DNA from: Acidimicrobiia bacterium
Lineage (GTDB): Bacteria; Actinomycetota; Acidimicrobiia; Spongiisociales; ZC4RG35
DNA length: 64,000 nucleotides
Assembly (NCBI GenBank): GCA_041747375.1
Contig: JBGTFH010000076.1
Span: 32,671 to 96,670, forward strand
Direction: 5' to 3'
The notes beneath the pieces are model-generated. The model ran no database searches. It saw nothing but the letters and a program-made list of their open reading frames with translations, and had not been told where the DNA came from. Positions 59,228-64,000 of the stretch are shown here, in pieces. The position numbers and the translations under genes were made by a program. Position 1 is the stretch's first letter. Every line of letters starts with the position of its first letter.

Positions 59228-60451
59228 TCATTGGCTCTGGTGTCTCAGCGCGGCGACCTCGATTGCGAAACCCGCCAGATTCGCCCGGGCCACCCCCCGG
59301 CCATGGAGAAAGGGACGAACCCGATCGGCGGTGAGCCCGTCGACCCGATTCCTCAACCATGCCTGTCGTTCTGCACCGGCGGTGTCGACGCCGCCCGGCC
59401 GACCGAATCGCCGCCGCTCCCGTTTGCTGACCTGTGGTGGAACCTCATCCAGGGCGTCCCGATTGGCCTGGGCGAGGATTTCTCCGGCGTGGGCGGCTAC
59501 GGAGATCGATTCTTCAGCCCCGTCACCGGACTGGCCCTCTGCGATGTCCATGAAGAAGGCGGCGAGAACACGTGAACCAGCAACGACTTCTCCTGACGTC
59601 GCCAAGGAGATTGCTTCGTCCAGAGCGGCTGTCCACTCCGTCTCGAAGTCGGCTGTCCGATTACCGAGAAGGCTGTGCAGGTCATTGATGGCGACGTCGA
59701 GATCGGCGAGCAACCGATCCACAGCCAGACCATCGGCACGGACGCCAAGGGTGTCGACCAATTCATCCACCCCTCGCGGAGAACTCAGAACCGGCGCGGC
59801 TGCGATGGCATGGATCGTCGGAGCCCGAAACCCGTCTTCTGTCAGCGCATCCCTGAAGTCGGCAACCAGACCGCCGACTTCGCCTTGGGGAACGCGGTCG
59901 ATTTGGTTGACAACGAAGACAAATTGCGATTCATAGCCGCGAAGAGGTCGCAGGAAATTGTGATGAAGCGATCGGTCTCGATATTTCTCGACGTCGACAA
60001 CCCAAATCACGGCGTCCACTCTGGGGAGCAAATTCTCCACCATCAATCGATGGTCTACCTCAACGCTGTCGGTATCCGGAAGGTCGATGAGCACGAGCCA
60101 GGAAAGGTCATCGTGGGTCGCCGTTTCGAGATCGCCGAATGACTCGATATGCCCCGAAATCTCCCTTCTGCGACCCGCGGGAAGGGAAGCCAGCGCTTTC
60201 GAGGTAGTCGGTCGGAGTCCGCCGACCTCGGCACGATCGCCACCCAGGACCGCATTGAACAGGCTCGATTTACCCGATCCAGTACCGCCGGCGATGGCGA
60301 CAACCGCGAGGTCGAGCGGATAATCGAGCCGGTTTCGGATCCTTCTGGCGGCGATGGCCGTCGGGTCGAGTGCTGCCGGTGGCACGTAATCCCTGGACAA
60401 TGCGAGCGTTGCTTCGAGCCGGTCGAGCACGTCGACCAGCTGATCATGCAT
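59228..60451 (-). CDS. GTPase-domain protein (dynamin/IniC-like, tentative), downstream paralogue
   Basis: GGTGSGKSS G1 motif, LIDLPDTDS in the G3 position, VVNQID G4 motif, helical C-terminal half. The ATG at 60451 forms ATGCATGA with the upstream stop. Confidence 0.65.
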   Translation of the reverse strand: MHDQLVDVLDRLEATLALSRDYVPPAALDPTAIAARRIRNRLDYPLDLAVVAIAGGTGSGKSSLFNAVLGGDRAEVGGLRPTTSKALASLPAGRRREISGHIESFGDLETATHDDLSWLVLIDLPDTDSVEVDHRLMVENLLPRVDAVIWVVDVEKYRDRSLHHNFLRPLRGYESQFVFVVNQIDRVPQGEVGGLVADFRDALTEDGFRAPTIHAIAAAPVLSSPRGVDELVDTLGVRADGLAVDRLLADLDVAINDLHSLLGNRTADFETEWTAALDEAISLATSGEVVAGSRVLAAFFMDIAEGQSGDGAEESISVAAHAGEILAQANRDALDEVPPQVSKRERRRFGRPGGVDTAGAERQAWLRNRVDGLTADRVRPFLHGRGVARANLAGFAIEVAALRHQSQ

Positions 60452-61889
60452 TTGCAACGATTGGCTCCCCGGTTCCGACGGTTGCCGAGTCGATAAGGAG
60501 GTCGATGGCGGCGAGCTCGCGGGCCAGGCTCAACGATTCCAGGTGCGCCCGTGCCACCACGAAAAATCCCTCGGTCCTCTGGCGAAGGTCTTCGACGGCC
60601 TTGTCGACAGCCTCCTCGGTCGTTTTGTGTCGATTTGATGTCGCCAATGGACCCGAAATCGAGCCCAGCGGATCAGAGGTGTGGGAAAACAGATGCGTGG
60701 CCGCCGCGATCGCATTGAGGATCTTTTCCCGAGACTTACGACGACTCAGCGATGAGAAGTCGCCGCCGGGCCCGACTTCATCCATCCACTCCATCAATGT
60801 CGCTTCTGACGACACTGTTCCCGTCTTTTCGATACGGGACTCGGAGAGATCGACCTCGATTCGGGACGCTTTCCATGAGATCAGACGGAGATCCTGTTCC
60901 AGTGCCACAGCGACCTCGGTCACCAGATCGTCACGCACCAACTCATACACCGGCATCCACCGGGAACGCCGCGCCCATGCCGGCACCCGAGCGATCTCGC
61001 CCAGCCATCTGTCACGATGTACCCCAGCGTCGAACCCTCCCGAAAGTGCGAGTAGAGGTTCAATTTGATCTCTGACTCTTTGCAATAACTCCTGATCCGC
61101 CTCCAGGTCGTGCCGCATCGCCACTAATTCATCGATGATGTACGCAACCCCTTTCCCGACCCGGTCTGACGCCTGGTTTGTCGACGGCAGACACGCCACG
61201 ATCGCCCGGCGCAGTTCCCGCACCGTGGCAGCGGGCAACATTCCCCCGCCGATCTGGTGTTCTTCGACACGCACCACCCGCATCGACATCCCTTCGTGGC
61301 GTGCCCGTCGCCTGAAGTCGGTGACAACTCCAGATGTCTGTTGGGAAATCCGGTTGAGAACAAAGACGATGGGAACACCGCGCGCCACGACTTCCCGGAA
61401 GACCTCCCAGGGGACCAGATCGGCATAGCGGAGCGCCGAGGTGACGAAAACGACCACATCGGCCCGAGAAATTGCGTCCATTGCCCTTGTCCTGTTCTCC
61501 AGATTGGTCGAGTCGAGGTCGGGCGTATCGATGAGGTTGATCGACTCGAGGATGGGTGACGCGCCGGTCACTCGGTCGTACCGGATGTCACTCACAAAGG
61601 GAGCGGCATGCTCGGAGTGGGAGTAGACGAGAGGACGGGTGGTGGTCGGGCGCAGAATCCCCGGTTCGGTCACCCAACGGCCGGCAACGCTGTTGATCAG
61701 TGTCGACTTCCCGGAACCGGTCGGGCCGGCGAAAACGATGTTGAGTGGCGCTCCAGGATTTCTCAGCCGTGGCAACAGTCCGTTGGTGACCAGTTGGGAC
61801 AAAGAGGTCTTATCGGGTTCGGGCAAACGCAGGGTGTTGTCATCGAGAACACCCGATACCCGGGTCAAAAACTCGAGCTCGTCGAACAT
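60444..61889 (-). CDS. GTPase-domain protein (dynamin/IniC-like, tentative), upstream paralogue
   Basis: Internal ATG at 61889 (MFDELEFLTRV...). GPTGSGKST G1 motif, LIDTPDLDS in the G3 position, VLNRIS in the G4 position, long helical C-terminal region. Confidence 0.65.
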   Translation of the reverse strand: MFDELEFLTRVSGVLDDNTLRLPEPDKTSLSQLVTNGLLPRLRNPGAPLNIVFAGPTGSGKSTLINSVAGRWVTEPGILRPTTTRPLVYSHSEHAAPFVSDIRYDRVTGASPILESINLIDTPDLDSTNLENRTRAMDAISRADVVVFVTSALRYADLVPWEVFREVVARGVPIVFVLNRISQQTSGVVTDFRRRARHEGMSMRVVRVEEHQIGGGMLPAATVRELRRAIVACLPSTNQASDRVGKGVAYIIDELVAMRHDLEADQELLQRVRDQIEPLLALSGGFDAGVHRDRWLGEIARVPAWARRSRWMPVYELVRDDLVTEVAVALEQDLRLISWKASRIEVDLSESRIEKTGTVSSEATLMEWMDEVGPGGDFSSLSRRKSREKILNAIAAATHLFSHTSDPLGSISGPLATSNRHKTTEEAVDKAVEDLRQRTEGFFVVARAHLESLSLARELAAIDLLIDSATVGTGEPIVANA

Positions 61890-61942
61890 TGGCTCGGTGT
61901 AGCGCACCGTCAGATTGTGCCACGGATCCGAGGAGTTTCGGG

Positions 61943-62818
61943 TTACCCCGTCCAGCCACCTTCCGGCCGTTCGAACCAGACATGAACCTGGCCGGTGCCG
62001 GTGGCGTTCTCGTAGTCGGAGAACATCTCCCCGCGGGCGACACAATTCCTCCCACCTACTGATCCCAACATCATCAGATAGTGACCGAAGTCTCCCTCGG
62101 GAGAATGTGGGAAATAGTCTTCCATGGTGTCGACGATTCGAGCGTGGTCGCCTGCCTTCATCCACTCGAGGCGTTCCTCGTCGGCTGCCCTCGCCTCGGG
62201 GGTGATGATGTGAATGGGATCTGAAGCCTCGTGCTTGGCGATTTGCTTCAGCGGCCAGAACGTGTGACTCATTCCCCCCGAAGCCAGCACCACAACCCTC
62301 CTGTCGAGCCGGTTAGCCGCCTCGCCAATCGCCTCGCCCATGGTCAGGAAGTCATCCGTCTCACCGGTCTGGGCAACCGAGACCGAAACAACACGCTCAT
62401 CCTTGCGCAGGTACTTGACCAGGTTGATGGTGGCGTAATAGAGCGGCAAGTGGGGGTCGTCCGATGCATGTGTGGGGGTGCCCAATTCGTTCCCGAGGTC
62501 GGCGGCGGTGCGGGCGAATTCGGGGTCACCCGGGTAGTCGTATTCGATTCCTGACATCCCGCGGGGCAATTCCGATGAGGTGAACACACCTCGTTGCTGC
62601 TCCTGGGCCGTCAGCAAGTGTTCGACGGTGGAGAACCAGTGGGAATCGATGATGACAATCGTGTCGGCACCGAGCCGATCGAGTACTTCGGCGCGGAGGC
62701 GGTGCAAGCCGGGGACCAACGAGATCTCTTTACCCTCGTTGAGTTCATGCCTGGTTGCCTCATCGAACATGATCGTCGGTGCGTGGCTGATCAACCCGAC
62801 GCCAACTATCTCGCCCAT
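61943..62818 (-). CDS. class III extradiol ring-cleavage dioxygenase (LigB family)
   Basis: 291 aa. GLISHAP...IIDSHW...GGMSH pattern typical of LigB-type catalytic subunits. Confidence 0.7.
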   Translation of the reverse strand: MGEIVGVGLISHAPTIMFDEATRHELNEGKEISLVPGLHRLRAEVLDRLGADTIVIIDSHWFSTVEHLLTAQEQQRGVFTSSELPRGMSGIEYDYPGDPEFARTAADLGNELGTPTHASDDPHLPLYYATINLVKYLRKDERVVSVSVAQTGETDDFLTMGEAIGEAANRLDRRVVVLASGGMSHTFWPLKQIAKHEASDPIHIITPEARAADEERLEWMKAGDHARIVDTMEDYFPHSPEGDFGHYLMMLGSVGGRNCVARGEMFSDYENATGTGQVHVWFERPEGGWTG

Positions 62819-62842
62819 TTCAATCTCCTCGTTTCAGAAAAC

Positions 62843-62857
62843 TTTGTTCGCAACAAA
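62843..62857. promoter_or_regulatory. inverted repeat between marR and the dioxygenase gene
   Basis: TTTGTT-cgc-AACAAA lies 25-39 nt upstream of the dioxygenase ATG, just after the marR stop. Confidence 0.3.
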
Positions 62858-62864
62858 CGACATC

Positions 62865-63410
62865 CTATCCCGGCTCATCGTCCCCTGCGACGAGGTCCGA
62901 CCCCGAAGCGGTGGCAGTCACCACCCGGAGAAGACGCGCCATCGTCGCCATGTCATCACTGTTGAGGCGCTCGGTGAACCTCGCCTCGAACTCATTGAAC
63001 CGGGGAAAGACCGATTCAATGGTAGAACGCCCCTCCGGGAGGAGGTCGACGACCACGCGCCGGCCATCGTCGGGATGACGGACCCGGGAGACCAGGTCTC
63101 CCTTCTCCAGGGTGGTCAGCATCCCGCTCAACGTTCCTTTGGCCAGCCCGCAATCGTCGGCGAGGTCGCCGGTTTCCCTTTCACCCCAGACCCAGAGGAC
63201 GAACAGAATCGTAAAGCCTCCCCAGGTGAGCCCTTCGGGACCGAGTACCTCCCGTTCCATCCGGTTTCGAACAGCGTTCGCGGCCCGGTAAATATTGGAT
63301 ACGGCGAGCATCGCTTCGAAATCCAGAGTTCGATCACCAAGACGAGCCCGAATATCCCGCTCGGCGGCAAGCAGTTCTTCCGCATTGTGATTGGTCAATG
63401 GGATCGGCAT
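62865..63410 (-). CDS. MarR-family transcriptional regulator
   Basis: 181 aa. Winged-helix region ETGDLADDCGLAKGTLSGMLTTLEKGDLVSRVRHPDDGRRVVVDL. Confidence 0.88.
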   Translation of the reverse strand: MPIPLTNHNAEELLAAERDIRARLGDRTLDFEAMLAVSNIYRAANAVRNRMEREVLGPEGLTWGGFTILFVLWVWGERETGDLADDCGLAKGTLSGMLTTLEKGDLVSRVRHPDDGRRVVVDLLPEGRSTIESVFPRFNEFEARFTERLNSDDMATMARLLRVVTATASGSDLVAGDDEPG

Positions 63411-63482
63411 CTATTTCCTCGGTGATCGATACACAGTTTATCCTTAGCCTGTCAAAATCCTTCGGTTGCTAACGATCTTGGC

Positions 63483-64000
63483 ATGACCTGGCGAAATGAG
63501 CGCGAATTGCCGTCAAACCGGTTCGAAATTTCTGAATATGCGGTCTCCCCGGACCACTACATCGGTGGTCACCGGGTTGGCTCTGCCACCACGTTTGAGG
63601 ATCGCTCCCCCCTCGATTGGGATTGGAAACTCGCTGACATCGCTCGGGGTGACGCACTCACCGCCGACAAGGCAGTCAGTGCCGCCGTCGACGCGTTCCC
63701 CGAATGGGCCGGGACAGGAGCGGGAGGGAGGGCCGAATACCTCCATCGACTCGCCGACGTGATCGACGAGAACATCGACATGCTGGCCACCATCGAGTGT
63801 GTCGACATGGCGATGTTGTTGGAGAGCCTGCAATTGCGGGTGATCCACCGCGGGGCGGAAAACTTCCGGAATTACGCCGACCTGGCCGCGCAACATGTCG
63901 AGCGGACGTGGAGTTCCAAAGGTACCGACAATGTCGTTCAGAGGATGCCCGCGGGCCCGGCCGTGATCATCACTCCATGGAATGCCCCCTGGCTCCTCTC
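63483..64000 (+). CDS. NAD(P)-dependent aldehyde dehydrogenase, N-terminal part (continues beyond window)
   Basis: My own translation from ATG 63483: MTWRNERELPSNRFEISEYAVSPDHYIGGHRV...AVDAFPEWAG...PAGPAVIITPWNAPWLL (ALDH ITPWN motif). It is not in the ORF track because there is no stop inside the window. Confidence 0.8.
   Translation, partial: MTWRNERELPSNRFEISEYAVSPDHYIGGHRVGSATTFEDRSPLDWDWKLADIARGDALTADKAVSAAVDAFPEWAGTGAGGRAEYLHRLADVIDENIDMLATIECVDMAMLLESLQLRVIHRGAENFRNYADLAAQHVERTWSSKGTDNVVQRMPAGPAVIITPWNAPWLL

Noticed and set aside
62580-63425. 281-aa plus-strand ORF
   Set aside because: It is antisense to the MarR and LigB-type genes, both of which have clear family motifs.
1-64000. 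Mobile elements, CRISPR arrays, tRNA/rRNA genes, toxin-antitoxin pairs, and known multi-gene defence systems
   Set aside because: I found no transposase, integrase or recombinase-like ORFs, no regularly spaced direct repeats, no cloverleaf-capable spacers of sufficient length, and no small overlapping two-gene cassettes typical of TA systems.

Overview
The window is a GC-rich, very gene-dense stretch of bacterial chromosome. I call about 58 protein-coding genes. Many are joined by 1-, 4- or 8-nt start/stop overlaps, and GTG/TTG starts are frequent. The gene content suggests an Actinomycetota-like, possibly Acidimicrobiia-like, organism; this is inference only. That content includes menaquinone genes, an L,D-transpeptidase lipoprotein, an ECF sigma factor, a Pro/Thr-rich surface protein and paired GTPases.

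I recognised no rRNA, tRNA, CRISPR array, transposase, integrase or prophage genes, so this looks like core chromosome rather than an accessory island.

Gene content from left to right:
- mug, a PT-repeat surface protein, nfuA, an ATP-grasp ligase, thiamine pyrophosphokinase, an ATP-type PEP carboxykinase and an L,D-transpeptidase.
- A beta-oxidation block: MaoC hydratase, SDR, acyl-CoA dehydrogenase, acyl-CoA ligase and a family III CoA-transferase.
- A five-gene Opp/Dpp-type ABC importer, an AI-2E transporter, an ACS-family ligase, DJ-1/PfpI plus an SDR, and murI.
- menF, then menD-menC-cytochrome c-manC on the opposite strand, followed by a large disordered orphan protein.
- gcvP behind a glycine riboswitch, ychF, gpsA, a PNPOx-like protein, a DMT transporter, and an ECF sigma factor with a putative anti-sigma.
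- A herA / sbcD(mre11) / sbcC(rad50) / nurA-like cluster.
- A GpgS/MpgS-like glycosyltransferase, a DMT transporter, and a HIT protein.
- Two PQQ-type sugar dehydrogenase paralogues flanking a LapA-domain protein and a secreted SNase-LTD nuclease.
- A LEA-like repeat protein, aspC, a Zn-ADH, an MFS transporter, an ADP-ribosylglycohydrolase-like protein, a DAG-kinase-family lipid kinase and MscS.
- Two coupled GTPases, a LigB-type dioxygenase, MarR, and a truncated aldehyde dehydrogenase.

The most unusual item is the archaeal-order herA-mre11-rad50-nurA module, whose HerA has a deviant P-loop. Next is the tandem GTPase pair in which both copies carry DxPD in place of the G3 DxxG motif.

All calls rest on motif reading of the supplied translations and on my own reading of the DNA. 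Start codons are estimates, and no database search was possible.
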